Source: the human T2T-CHM13v2.0 reference genome, Homo sapiens
NCBI RefSeq assembly: GCF_009914755.1
Contig: NC_060930.1
Length of the DNA: 64,000 nucleotides
Reading direction: 5' to 3' (one strand)
Both the position numbers and the translations under genes were made by a program. Shown one piece after another: positions 14,606-32,661 of the stretch (positions are counted from its first letter, which is position 1; every line of letters begins with the position of its first letter). The notes under the pieces were generated by a model. That model had not been told where the DNA came from. It ran no database searches and was given only the letters and a program-made list of their open reading frames with translations.

Positions 14606-16026
14606 TAAACAACAACAATACATGTACCCAATTTTTGTACAATTATCCTGTATATTCATGTCCTTCCTTTTTTTTTTCCATCAGCGATGTAGGTTTTTAA
14701 GTTTCTTAAGAGAAACATTTTTGAACGAACTTTGTGTGGAGCACCAATCTTGATTCTTCAAAGTTACATGCTAAGGGATACCCTCCTGGTTGCCCTACCC
14801 TTGGCAACATCCTATCTCTAACAAAAGACACAAGGTGGCCTTTCCCCTCAAGAAGCATCAGCTGTAAGAGAAGATAGAACTAACTGTTGAGGAGCAGAAC
14901 AGCAGTGAGGTGTTCCACCCATTGCATAACAATGCAAATAAATCCAGAGGCTGGAGAAATCAACTCGCAAGGGGTTACTTAGTGAATCACTGAAGCAAGG
15001 ATGATTGAGTACCACAAGGCCAGGTTTACCAACCCATATAAATCTAAGGGAAAAGAGGCAGAGAGCAAAAAGAGATTTGTTTCTAACTTCCAAATATGAT
15101 TACCTTATGCATGCGCCTTCAGTAATTAGGACTGTGATTTTTTTTCCTGAAATTTTGTCTTGATGGCTATAAACACAAGCACTGTCTTTATGAATCATCT
15201 TTATTTTTAAAATTTGGCTAACACTCCACTCAAATGTCTTTGACATGTTTAAAGCAATTTGTTTCACAAATATGAAAGTTAGAAAAGGTTGAAATGATGG
15301 AAATGATGGAAGTGAAGTAATGGAGAGAGTGTGTCATTTTCTATCACTTAGAAATATGTTGCACAAATAGAAAAGCTGTTTGATGGAAAATGCCACTGCA
15401 GCTGTCTCCACTACTTCATTTCCGTCATTTTAGTCACAGAAACATAAGGGTTTCTTCCTCTTTTTGTAAAATTAATTGCTTTAATACAAAAGGCCCCTGT
15501 CCACCCTGGGCACTAACCAAGCAATAACAGCAGACTGATTGCATGAGGGGAGCACATTCCTCATGGGCCTGCCTGATGGGCCTTTCCTGCCGCTGCAAGC
15601 TTCTTACAACTCCAGAGCCTTGAAACTGAGTGGTGTCCAAACTCCAAATGCAGCCAGACACTTGATTCAGGGAAATATTTCCTTCTCACTAGAAGCTTGT
15701 TTGCATCAGCAGAACAATAAGCTCCTGGACTACCAAGAATGCCGTCCTCCTTGCATGGAGGGTACATACTTCGTAGCCCTCTTGGAATGCTCCCAGTTCC
15801 TCAAGAGTCATCTCAAGACCTCCCTGCCCTTTTCTGAGATTTTACCCTTCAACTCTAGCTGATCCTCTTGCTCTTGACTGCCCAGAGTCACTTCGGCCAG
15901 TCGTGTCACACATTTCTGGAAGGCAACTGTATCAGTATAGCTCAATTATATACTCTCTGACTGTGTTCATTGTTTGTGGAATTCCTCTCACTCCAACTAC
16001 AGTAAGCTCTTTAAAGACAGAGATGG

Positions 16027-16252
16027 TCAAAAGTTTGAAACCAGCCTGGCCAACATGGTGAAATCCCGTTTCTACTAAAAATACAAAAAATAAATTAGCT
16101 AGGCCTGGTGGCGGGCACCTGTAATCCCAGCTACTCAGGAGGCTGAGGCAAGAGAATCACTTGAACCTGGGAGGCAGAGGTTGCAGTGAGCTGAGATCAC
16201 GCCACTGCACTCCGGCATGGGCACCAGAGCGAGACTCCAACTCAAAAAGAAA
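16027..16252 (+). mobile_element. 5'-truncated Alu
   Basis: Starts in the middle of the left arm; 14-bp TSD AAAGACAGAGATGG. Confidence 0.92.
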
Positions 16253-16627
16253 AAAGACAGAGATGGGGTCTTTCATTCCTCTTAAACCCCCTCTGGGGTG
16301 TCACAAACTGCTGGACACAGCAGAGGTTTCTGCATCACAAATTCACTGAACCAGACATGGGACAAGATGTTATAGAGATTTGTAAACAGAATTGGAAAGG
16401 AAATAGACAAGGAAGTTGAAGAAGCCAAAGCAAAACCTCCAACAGTGCAGAGAAGGAGCATCCCAATGGCTAAGCTAGGCTTTAGCCAGAGATGGGCAGC
16501 ACATTTAGCACATCCAGCCCCAGCTTCCTGAAGGCTAAAGAAATGCTCATGAACAGACACAAAAACGGTCAGACCCACCTCCCAAGGGTAACTCCCATTA
16601 CTTCTCTAACAAATGAGTAAATACCTA

Positions 16628-17648
<1,021 letters not shown>

Positions 17649-18999
17649 CCTAGACGTGCATCCACAGGACAGTGTGTATGTATGCATGAGAGACAGACAG
17701 AGAGGAAGAGCAAGACAGAAACAGACAGGCCGGGATGAAAGTAATAGAAATCTTAAGAAAGAAGAGAAAAGATCAGAAAAGAGGCCAAGATACTGAGAAG
17801 AAAGAGGGTGAAGAGGGTAGCAAGAGAGAGGTACAGCTATTTATAGCCTGTCTTATGGTTGTGTAATACCTGTCTGGCTCTGGCTGCTGTTATAGTAGCA
17901 TTTTATGAAGGTTATCCTTCCTTAAGGAATACCATAAGAATTTAGCTTTCCTACATAGTTGCAATATTGAAAATAAGCCTGGTAATTGGGTCATCTTATT
18001 AGGAAGGAACTATCACGAAGCAGTTCAAAGAGCTTCCAGTTATTCCCTCATTAATCCTTACAACATGCTTCTGGAGTAACTGGAGGGCAAAGATGAAGAA
18101 TATTTAGTCCATTTGGATCCTTTCTTTAGTGGGCTGTAATTCCACTTGCATGCTCTCTTTTTAGATTAGAGACTCAAGAGCAAGTTATCGCAGTGGGCAC
18201 ATTTGTTTTCATTAAATATTTTCCCCCACCTTTTTCACCTCTTGCTTCATATGCTGCAAGAATGTCTTAGAATTTATGTGGAAAAGCCAGGGAATGCCCA
18301 CAGTCCGTCCTCCCTGAGTTCAGACCAGCGCTTTCTGGTGGAGTACAGTTTCAATTATGTGGGTGCAAATGAGCCACATTTATGAATTCTTGTAAGTGAA
18401 AGAGGTCATCATAAGATACAAGTGTGAAGACAGAGAGAAACAGACATAGGAGCAAGGGTGAAGGCAAATTAGGGGAATAGGAAAGAGAGGGGAGAAAGCA
18501 CAGGAGGCAGTCAGGGAGGAAGCGTTTGTGGATGTTCTGAGTGTTCTCATTCCGATACCCATGGCCCTTCATAAGTGCTCTGTGTGGCACCCTTAATGTG
18601 ACAAAGACATCAGCGACTCTATTACCCTAGGGACCATAAGCTTCACTGGGAAACTCCAGCTCTGCAGACATGATGTGGGTGACAGGGCAGGGCTGAGGAA
18701 GCACGTGGTAAGGTCTCTGGCACCAAAATATGGATGGCAATCCCACCTACTTTGAGATTAAACTGTTTCTGTCACTTCAGCTAGAACTATGGGCAAATAA
18801 TTCCAGGCAGAACTTGGCCTGTGGATTGTCAGAGCCCCTATGTGACTAATGAAGCTGTCAGAATGGATGTAACAAGGAGACTGGGTATTTCTGTTGGGAG
18901 GTTCAGTGATGGTTGTCTTTGCCACCAGGAGACAAAAGACATGAGAGCAATGCCCTCCTATTTGCTTTTGGAAGCATTTTCTTTGTGCGTGTGTAGATG

Positions 19000-19980
19000 T
19001 TTTTTGAAAAATAGACAATCACTTATGGGGAATCTATTGGGATACAATGTGAAGTTTTGATCTATGTATACATTGTAGAAAGATTCAATCAGCTAATTCA
19101 CATGTTTATTACCTTACATAGTTACCTTTCTTTTCTATGTACATGGAAAAAAGAAAGGTAACTGTGGTGAAGACATTAAAAATCTATTCTTTTAGCAATT
19201 TTGAAATATACAATACATTATTTTAAACTGTGGTCACCAAGCCATGCAGTAGATCACTAAAACTTATTCTTTCAGTCTAACTGAGACTTTGTACCCATTG
19301 ATCAACATCTTCTTTTTCCTCATTCCTTGCCCCCAAGCCCCAGCCTCTGGTAAACAACTTTCTACTGTGTTTCTGAGATTGACTTTTTCAGATTCCACAT
19401 ATAAGTGAGATCATACAGTATTCATCTTTCTGTGCCTGGCTTATTTCAGTTAGCATAGTGCTCTCCAGTTCTACCCTTGTTGAGAATGGCAGAATTTTCC
19501 TTCTTCTAAGGGCTGTATAGTACTCCATTGTGTCTATATACCACATTTTCTTTATCCATTGGTTAGGTTGCTTTCATATCTTGGTTATTGTGAGTGATGC
19601 TGAAATGAACATGAGACTACATACATCTTTTCAACATCCTGATTTCAATTTTCTTTAGATACATACCCAGAAGTGGGATTGCTGAATCACGTTAGTTCTA
19701 TTGCTAGTTTTGTGAGGAACTGCCACACGACTTTCCAAAACAGCTGCCTTAATTTACATTCCCACTAATAGTGTATAGGGTTCTCTATTCCCTGCATTCT
19801 TGCCAAGGCTTGTTATCATTCTCTTTGGTAGTAACCATTCTAACAGGTATGAGGTGGCACCTCATTGTGGTTTTAATTTGCGTTTCCCTGATGATTAGAG
19901 GTGTTGAGCATTCTTCCATAAGCCAGTTGGCCATTTTGGTGTCTTCTTTTGAGAAATGTTTGCTCAGATCCTTTGCCCAC
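19000..19980 (-). mobile_element. L1MA-type 3' fragment
   Basis: ORF2 C-terminal remnant ([13 protein letters not shown]...[10 protein letters not shown]) and GATTCCACATATAAGTGAGATCAT. Confidence 0.85.
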
Positions 19981-20428
19981 AACCTGGGGTAAATCACTTA
20001 ATCCCTGTGAACATTGGTTTCCATGTTTTTAATAAGTTTTATTTCTACCTTCCCTGCCTCCCAGTTTATTGTGAGAATAAAAAAGTGGTTTCCTATACAT
20101 TATCTCCTTTAACCCATAAATGGCTGTTTAAAATAAATAGTATAGTCCTTATTTGCAGGTGAGGAAACAGTAATGTGATGGGGGGTGGGGTAAAGTGATT
20201 CTGTCACTGCTATCCATGGTGGAGCTCGGGTTCTGACTGGGCACTGCCTTGAGTCCAAGCCCCCTCTTTCCCCACCAAAAAGGGCTTCATTTAGCCCTTT
20301 AATCACGTGAGCTGTCATCCCTGAGATGGCCTACAAATGGCAGAGGGCCAGCCACTGGGGCATATTGTTAGTCCTCAGACCACAGTGTGTTACTTCACTA
20401 CAGGTGAGTCCCATTTTACTATGCAAAT

Positions 20429-20461
20429 ACACACACACACACACACACACGCACACACACA
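20429..20461 (+). repeat. (CA)n microsatellite, interrupted
   Basis: Directly visible. Confidence 0.95.
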
Positions 20462-22069
20462 TTTTACTACTTCTAGTTATAGAAGTAAACATAAGTTCCT
20501 TTGGGGGAAAAAAAGGAGGGGAAAAATCATACAAACTCATGCAGCATCCATTTATCCTATCATTTATTAGTGAGATTTTTTTCCCCCTTGAGTCTCTTAC
20601 TAATGTCCCTAACAAAATCTCGGTCCTCCAATTTATCTTCCACACTTCTGCTATAGTAATCTAAAAAGTAGAAAAAAATCAGATCTTAATACTCTACCTA
20701 AAATGCTACTACAGAGGCTTCTGGCTGTTTATAGAATTACATCTAAACTTCTTATCAAGTCATACAAAAACATCAGTGTGCTTCCAAAATGTCATGCTCC
20801 ACTGAACTTTTCTATTTTTTTTTTTTCTAGAATGTATACAATTTCCATCCCCCTGGGTCAATTTCTATTCGTTTTTTGAGACCCGCCTCAAATAGCACTT
20901 TCTGGAGGATTCTTTCAACTATTCTTGCCATCAGTCACTCCCTCCAAAGTAGCTTCTAAGCATTTTGTTCAAAAGGTTGGCATTGAACACAGCCTTTCCT
21001 ACTCAGACTGTCCCCTCTGGACAACAAATCCTCTGGAGGCAAGGGATGAACATATCTTACTACTCTAATCCCAATATGGTGCTTTGCACATACAAAGTAT
21101 TAAATAAGAGTTCAATAAGCACATTCAAAAAGAAAATAAATAGGCTTTATGGTTGAAAGAAGCCAAATAAATATCTGAAAAATAAATATAAAAACATACT
21201 CTTAACAATTATTTTTGAAAAGTTACTAAATATGAATGCCAAATTAATAGTTATTTCAATGTTTGCACAAAATCTTAAGTGTCAAAAAGAAAAAATGGAT
21301 ATAAAGTTATCACAACACATAGACTACAAATCTGTTCAAGTTCTGTCAGCCACCTGCCTCAGTGTTGTATGGAATAGAGGTAATATGCCTCTATAGTTCA
21401 GCATTTCCTGGAATGAGTTCTGCACCTTATTCAATGGTATTATAAAAATAAAAATGTGGTAGGGTAGTGTTTATAGTAGAACAATTTTGGGAATTATTGG
21501 GCTAAACAAGATTCATTTTTTGACTACGTGTCTACTCATAGCCTTTTATATATTAATGTGCCTTGGGCCTCTATGAGAAGAGACACAAAACACAGCATGA
21601 TCCAACTATATTTGACGATGGAACTTTTTTCCCCCAAGGAGAATCTCACATGACAGGTGTTCATAGAGAATACACTCTGGGAAACACTGTCCTACTTTCT
21701 TAGATGCCATTATTAGTCACTTCACAGAGATGCTTAAAAATAAACACGTTGATCATCAATGCAGAAACCCATAGGAGCAAAAATCTGAAATGACATTCTA
21801 TATAAATGTTGCTTCAAAATGATGAAATAGGCTGTCTATTTTCACCAAAATGCAGCACAAAATAGTTGAAAGAGTATAGGCTAAGAAATAGTTATCTACA
21901 CGTTACAAGCTGCACAGTTTGGGGCAAGACATTTCTCAATAGAGAAAGTATGTTATGTATGTGAAAATCACACATCAGCATGATGATTTTACCTGGACTT
22001 TCTGAAACAAAATCCATAGGAAGACATAGTCTTAAAGGATATGGATGATGTTTTCAGATGTAAGGGTAC

Positions 22070-23630
22070 TCATCTGCCCCTCTAAGACCCTATAGCACCT
22101 GCTCACCACCTACATCTTTAAATAACTTGAGATTGTCAGGCATGAGGCTTAGTTCATACTTCTCCACCTACGGCAGTCATACCCTCCTTCACCTCTTTCT
22201 CGACAACCTTGGAAGATGAGGAATTTTCCTTCCTACTCAGCCCCTCACCCGTGCCCCTGTCCTCTATGCTTCTCCTCCAGTCCCTCCTGAATCTTCAGAA
22301 TTCTTCCTTGACTGATTCTTCCCTCTCTGCCTGCTACATGTTCCAGTCCCTCCAATCCTGAAACAAATACTGAAATTGAAACACCCCTCCTCTCACCCAC
22401 ATTCCTCTCTAGTTACCACCCAAATTTTCTTTTCCTCTCCTTCAAATTTCTTTAAAGATTCATCCAAATTGACTACACCCATTTCCTCACATCTCCTTGA
22501 CTTTTAGACCATTAAAATTTGGAATCTACCCGAGTTCAACCAGTGTCCCCCAACTGTTGACTCCAGTGGGAAGTTCCTATCTCACTGCATCTCCTAGTTA
22601 TATTTAATAACATTGGTCATGCTTTCCTCTTGAAACACACAACTCTCGTGGATTGAGTGACACTGCAACCCCCTTATTTTCCTTCTGTTTATCTGCTCAT
22701 TTGGTCTTTGTCTCCTCCAGGGGCTCTAGTTTCTGGACTGATGCCTTAGAAGTTGTTTTCCCCAGGGCTTAAGCCTCAGTCCACTGCTGACTTGATTTAC
22801 CTTTTTCTGAGTGAGCTTGCCCACGTGTGTATGATATCCAAATTATCTCCTGTCCAACCCAAACCTCCTCCCGAAGCTTCAGACTCATATTATCTATTGG
22901 ACAGGTTTACCTGAAAGTCCCTCAAGTAATTCACACTCATCAATTCAAACAGAAGCATATTCATACCTCCACCATCTCCTTGGTGGAGGCTCCCTTGGTG
23001 GAGGTAGTAAGCATTGTAAGTAGAAGAGGCTGCTTGGGTCCAAATTGAGGTCCCAGCACTTTCCAGGTGTGACCTGGGTAAATTACTTAATCCTTTCAAC
23101 CATTATCTCATGGGAAAAATGGAGATGGCCATAGTCCAATGCCCAGAGGGCTGCTTGAACAATTAAATGGGAGGCATACAGCACCTCTGCACAGCACCAG
23201 TGCCAATGAGTTATCAATGAAGCTACTACCTCCATTAGCATTTTCCACACTCGATTTTTTCCCTCTGGAATTCCAGGCATTCTTTATCTCATTTGGAAGT
23301 GCTAGCATCTGTCATCATAGTCACATAAGCCAGCCACCTGGAAGTTGACCTTGACCCTCCTCCCTTCCACCCCTCACAGACTCCCCAACACAAGTCCTGC
23401 AGATTTTGCCTCCTAAATATTTCTCAAACCCTGTCACTCCTGTCCATGTCTACAACTGCAGCCATAACCCCGGTTCTCATCCTCTCTCTTCTGATCATCT
23501 CCTCTCCTATCCTGAATTACCCTGATTCCCTGAAGTGGGCCAGAGCAAGCTATCTCAAATGAGAATCATCCATGTCACTCCCACCCTGAAAACACCATCC
23601 AACACCGCCGCTGGCTTTCCATAAATGCTA
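22070..23630. mobile_element. L2 fragments with a MIR insertion (~23010-23220)
   Basis: Pyrimidine-rich L2 motifs (TTCCTCTTGAAACAC, CCTCCTAAATATTTCTCA) and a MIR core. Confidence 0.55.
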
Positions 23631-24702
23631 CTCAAGAAATAAGTGAAAGAAAGATATTAAAGTGTTGCTGATGACATTTCCATGTTTTATAGGGTTTGTG
23701 ATGCAGAACATGTGCAGTTGACCCAGTCCTAGAAATGCTTGAGCGGGTGATGAACAACCTGCCTCAAGGCTGCCAGCATTAGGACAGCACTTTTATACTC
23801 ACAGGATGGCCCAGCTAGGGGGGATGCCCAGCACACATGACTGCGGGTCCACCAGCACCCACTTTCAGCTCTGCCCCATCCCTCTCCTCTGAAGAGACTG
23901 GAAAAAGGGAATACTTTCACAGCTTGCCTTACAGCTAAGGGTAGCAAATGAAACATAAACGATTGCCAGAAGTGCCTGGGAAAGCTTTTGTTTTCCTGAT
24001 AAGTGGGGTGGGGCATGCTAATGCCATCCTTCTCCTCATCTTTCTGCTGTAACCAGAAATGTGAAGCTTGAATCTGTGAGGGCCATCATAGAATTGAGGG
24101 AAAGGTCAGGAGAATCTCCAAAGCGCTGACCTGGACACCCCCAGGTTCCTGTGGTTGAACTCCAGGGAGAAAGAAACTTGCTCATGGACCCTACTGTCAC
24201 TTCGGAGGGCTCCTCAGGGAGTGAAACCTCTGCCGTTTTGAGGGGGAGACCTGGTAAGAAATACAGCTTGGGATTTCACCCTCAACTGGGTATCAAAAAA
24301 GCAGGGGCCCATGTCAAAGTAACAGCAAATTAACACCAGAAGCTGCTCCCAAGCTTTCACAGCCTCAGCCACAGGTTAGTAAAACCTGTGATTACCACTC
24401 CCCTCCTTGCCTTTCATGATTTGTCGAGGCTGCAGGCTCAGAGGTGAGAGAGAGAGAAGGCCCTGCAGACTCCCAGGGCATTTTTCAGCCACACCCACCT
24501 CCTCAGATTCATTAACACCTCCCACCTAACACAGAGATAGCTGTGCTCTGCCAGCAACTCATGAACGCAGTTATCAAAGCACAAAGAACCCCTGCAGCAC
24601 AGCTCATCAAGCCGTGGCCAGGTAAGGCAGTAGCTCTCCTGCTCACCTTCTCTACTCAGAGCCCAGCACACCATCCAAGAGCCCTATTTATTTAAATATT
24701 TA

Positions 24703-24826
24703 GAAAGAAAGAAGGAAGAAGGAAAGAAGGGAGGAAGGGAGGAAGGGAGGGAGGAAGGAAGGAATGGAGGGAGTGAGAGAGAGAGGGAGGGAGGGAGGGA
24801 GGGAGGGAGGGAGGGAGGGAAGGAAA
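24703..24826 (+). repeat. (GGAA)n/(GGGA)n polypurine tract
   Basis: Directly visible. Confidence 0.95.
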
Positions 24827-25127
24827 TTGGTTAGAAGGCAGAATCACATAAATAAATCCCATGACCTAGGTTCTGAGAACAGCAACATAGGGAAACTCCA
24901 GTGTACTAACATATCTCAGCTCATCTATACAGGCACAGGGAATGAGAGAGCAACCTCAACAAAAAAACTGAATGCAAATTGGAAGCAACTAAGTATAAAG
25001 TTATTTTTTCTGTATTTTAAATATAATAATAGCTTGCTTTATGAAACAGCTATGTTTTTACCTATATAACAAACCTGCACATTTACCCCCGAACCTAAAA
25101 AAAAAGTTTTTTTAAGTATATAGTGAG

Positions 25128-25629
25128 TGTGATGGTTAATACTGTCAACTTGATTGGATGGAAGGATACAAAGTATTAATCCTAGGTGTTGCCAAAAGAG
25201 ATTAACATTTGAGTCAGTGGGCTGGGGAAGGCAGATCCACCCTTAATCTGGTGGGCACAAGCTAATCAGCTTCCAGTGAATATAAAGCAGGCAGCAAAAC
25301 TTGAAAAGGAGAGATGGGCCTAGCCTCCCAGCCTACATCTTTCTCCCATGCTGGATGCTTCCTGCCTTTGAACATCAGACTCCAAGTTCTTCAGTTTTGG
25401 GACTTGGACTGGCTCTCATTGCTCCTCAGCTTGCAGACAGCCTATTGTGGGACCTTGTGACCATATAAATTAATACTTAAATAAACTCCCCTTTATATGT
25501 ATATACACACAACACTCACACACACACACACACATATATATATATACACACACGTATATGTACAAACACACACACACACATATATATATCCTATTAGGTC
25601 TGTCCCTCAAGAGAACACTGACTAATATA
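25128..25629 (+). mobile_element. MLT2A (HERV-L) solo LTR with internal CA/TA microsatellite
   Basis: Runs TGTGATGGTTAATACTGTCAACTTGATTGGA...CTAATATA with a 5-bp TSD GTGAG. Confidence 0.9.
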
Positions 25630-25939
25630 GTGAGTGACAGTAAGTCAATCTTTGTTGGTAAGTCTCTTGTTATAAACACTCTTAAAGATGTACTGGTAGA
25701 GATTCTTTTTTTAAAAATTTATTTATTTATTATTATAATACTTTAAGTTTTAGGGTACATGTGCACAATGTGCAGGTTAGTTACATGTGTATACATGTGC
25801 CATGCTGGTGCGCTGCACCCACTAACTCGTCATCCAGCATTAGGTATATCTCCCAATGCTATCCCTCCCCGCTCCCCCCACCCCACAACAGGCCCCAGAG
25901 TGTGATGTTCCCCTTCCTGTGTCCATGTGTTCTCATTGT

Positions 25940-29791
<3,852 letters not shown>

Positions 29792-29830
29792 TCATTAGTT
29801 GATGGAGTTTCTTCCTAGTCTTGATGGTCT

Positions 29831-30847
29831 TTACATTTTGGCATGATTTTGCAGTGGCTGGTACCGGTTGTTCCTTTCCATGTTTAGCGCTTCCTTCAGG
29901 AGCTCTTTTAGGGCAGGCCTGGTGGTGACAAAATCTCTTAGCATTTGCTTGTCTGTAAAGTATTTTATTTCTCCTTCACTTATGAAGCTTAGTTTGGCTG
30001 GATATGAAATTCGGGGTTGAAAATTCTTTTCTTTAAGAATGTTGAATATTGGCCCCCACTCTCTTCTGGCTTGTAGGGTTTCTGCCGAGAGATCCGCTGT
30101 TAGTCTGATGGGCTTCCCTTTGAGGGTAACCCAACCTTTCTCTCTGGCTGCCCTTAACATTTTTTCCTTCATTTCAACTTTGGTGAATCTGACAATTATG
30201 TGTCTTGGAGTTGCTCGTCTCGAGGAGTATCTTTGTGGCGTTCTCTGTATTTCCTGAATCTGAACGTTGGCCTGCCTTGCTAGATTGGGGAAGTTCTCCT
30301 GGATAATATCCTGCAGAGTGTTTTCCAACTTGGTTCCATTCTCCCCATCACTTTCAGGTACACCAATCAGACGTAGATTTGGTCTTTTCACATAGTCCCA
30401 TATTTCTTAGAGGCTTTGCTCATTTCTTTTTATTCTTTTTTCTCTAAACTTCCCTTCTCGCTTCATTTCATTCATTTCATCTTCCATCGCTGATACCCTT
30501 TCTTCCAGTTGATCGCATCGGCTCCTGAGGCTTCTGCATTCTTCACTTAGTTCTCGAGCCTTGCTTTTCAGCTCCATCAGCTCCTTTAAGCACTTCTCTG
30601 TATTGGTTATTCTAGTTATACATTCTTCTAAATTTTTTTCAAAGTTTTCAACTTCTTTGCCTTTGGTTTGAATGTCCTCCCGTAGCTCAGAGTAATTTGA
30701 TCGTCTGAAGCCTTCTTCTCTCAGCTCGTCAAAGTCATTCTCCATCCAGCTTTGTTCCGTTGCTGGTGAGGAACTTCATTCCTTTGGAGGAGGAGAGGCG
30801 GTCTGCTTTTTAGAGTTTCCAGTTTTTCTGTTCTGTTTTTTCCCCAT
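29831..30847 (-). pseudogene. L1 ORF1 (338 codons plus stop, in frame) with nonsense codons at 24 (TGA, 30778-30776) and 147 (TAA, 30409-30407)
   Basis: ATG GGG AAA AAA CAG at 30847. The ORF-track fragments MENDFDEL... and MKRPNLRL...NHAKM are in the same frame. Confidence 0.93.
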
Positions 30848-31302
30848 CTTTGTGGTTTTATCTACTTTTGGTCTTTGATGATGGTGATGTACAGATGGGT
30901 TTTTGGTGTGGATGTCCTTTCTGTTTGTCAGTTTTCCTTCTAACAGACAGGACACTCAGCTGCAGGTCTGTTGGAGTACCCTGCCGTGTGAAGTGTCAGT
31001 GTGCCCCTGCTGGGGGGTGCCTCCCAGTTAGGCTGCTCGGGGGTCAGGGGTCAGGGACCCACTTGAGGAGGCAGTCTGCCTGTTCTCAGATCTCCAGCTG
31101 TGTGCTGGGAGAACCACTGCTCTCTTCAAAGCTGTCAGACAGGGACATTTAAGTCTGCAGAGGTTACTGCTGTCTTTTTGTTTGTCTGTGCCCTGCCCCC
31201 AGAGGTGGAGCCTACAGAGGCAGGCTGGCCTCCTTGAGCTGTGGTGGGCTCCACCCAGTTCGAGCTTCCAGGCTGCTTTGTTTCAGTAAGCAAGCCTGGG
31301 CA

Positions 31303-31557
31303 ATGGCGGGCGCCCCTCCCCCAGCCTCGCTGCCGCCTTGCAGTTTGATCTCAGACTGCTGTGCCAGCAATCAGCGAGACTCCGTGGGCGTAGGACCCTC
31401 TGATCCAGGTGCGGGATATAATCTCCTGATGCGCCGTTTTTTAAGCCTGTCGGAAAAGTGCAGTATTGGGGTGGGAGTGACCCAATTTTCCAGGTGCCGT
31501 CCGTCACCCCTTTCTTTGACTCGGAAAGGGAACTCCCTGACCCCTTGCACTTCCTGA
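31303..31557 (+). CDS. L1 ORF0 (antisense ORF in the 5' UTR), open, 84 aa
   Basis: MAGAPPPASLPPCSLISDCCASNQRDSVGVGPS... matches the primate L1 ORF0 N-terminus. Expression from this copy is unknown. Confidence 0.7.
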   Translation: MAGAPPPASLPPCSLISDCCASNQRDSVGVGPSDPGAGYNLLMRRFLSLSEKCSIGVGVTQFSRCRPSPLSLTRKGNSLTPCTS

Positions 31558-32661
31558 GTGAGGCAATGCCTCGCCCTGCTTCGGCTCGCGCACAGTGCAC
31601 GCACCCACTGACTTGTGCCCACTGTGTGGCACTCCCTAGTGAGATGAACCCCATACCTCAGATGGAAATGCAGAAATCACTGTCTTCTGGGTCGCTCAGG
31701 CTGGGAGCTGTAGACCTGAGCTGTTCCTATTCGGCCATCTTGGCTCCTCCCCCCGAGATTCTTTTAAGTGCCCTTTATTTTTAACAAAGTATTTATTCTC
31801 GTCTGTTTTTTTTTTTTAATTTATGTTACATTTTGGTTCACTTTTAATAGTAAATGATATCTCAAATGTTTAGACATTTAGCTGATTGTAAAACGTTAGC
31901 TAAAATGGATCTTCTCTTGAAATGGTGTTGCCAGATTTTTAAAAATGAATAGAAATTATATTCTTTTTCGTTTTTAAACCATCACTTTTACCTTCTGAGT
32001 TTCTGGAAATTGAGGTGCACCTGTATATAGAAACCTTTGCACTTAATTTCATTTCTAGTTCACGTTCTATACTTGTCTCTTCTCATTATAGCAATTAGCC
32101 TTAAAATCTAATTTCCTTGGCTTTATTCAGTCCTATTGAAACAGGCACTGAATTTTAAGAGAATTATTTCCCCAGCAATGTTCTTTTTTCTTCCTGTCTT
32201 ACAACTATGGCAGCCATGAAGTTGAGGCTCTCATGTAACTTCCTGAATGATGTGAGATGCAGAAATGACTCTGATCAAGATAAATCCTCTACCATGGGTC
32301 CTTCCACGCCCCTCGAAGTGTGCTTAATTTCTACACTAAATAGTAGAGTGTGGAATTTTGTCACTTGCCTTTCTTGTATCTACAACAGGTTGGGCAATGA
32401 AACATCTTCAAATGTGTGTGACCTATAATAGAAAATCTTCAAATACATGTGGCCCTGTAATGGCCCACACATACTAGAATACAGCTTAACTCTGAACGCA
32501 CACATCATGGGTTCTGAAAGGTTTAGAATACATGTTGGTTTAAAAATATACAGATTTTATCTCAAAAACAAATTAGCTATGCTTTTCCCCCTCTTTTATT
32601 GAGGGAACAAAAGTAATAGTATTTCTTGTGTAAAAAAGAAAAGAGGACTTAAAATGTTCAC

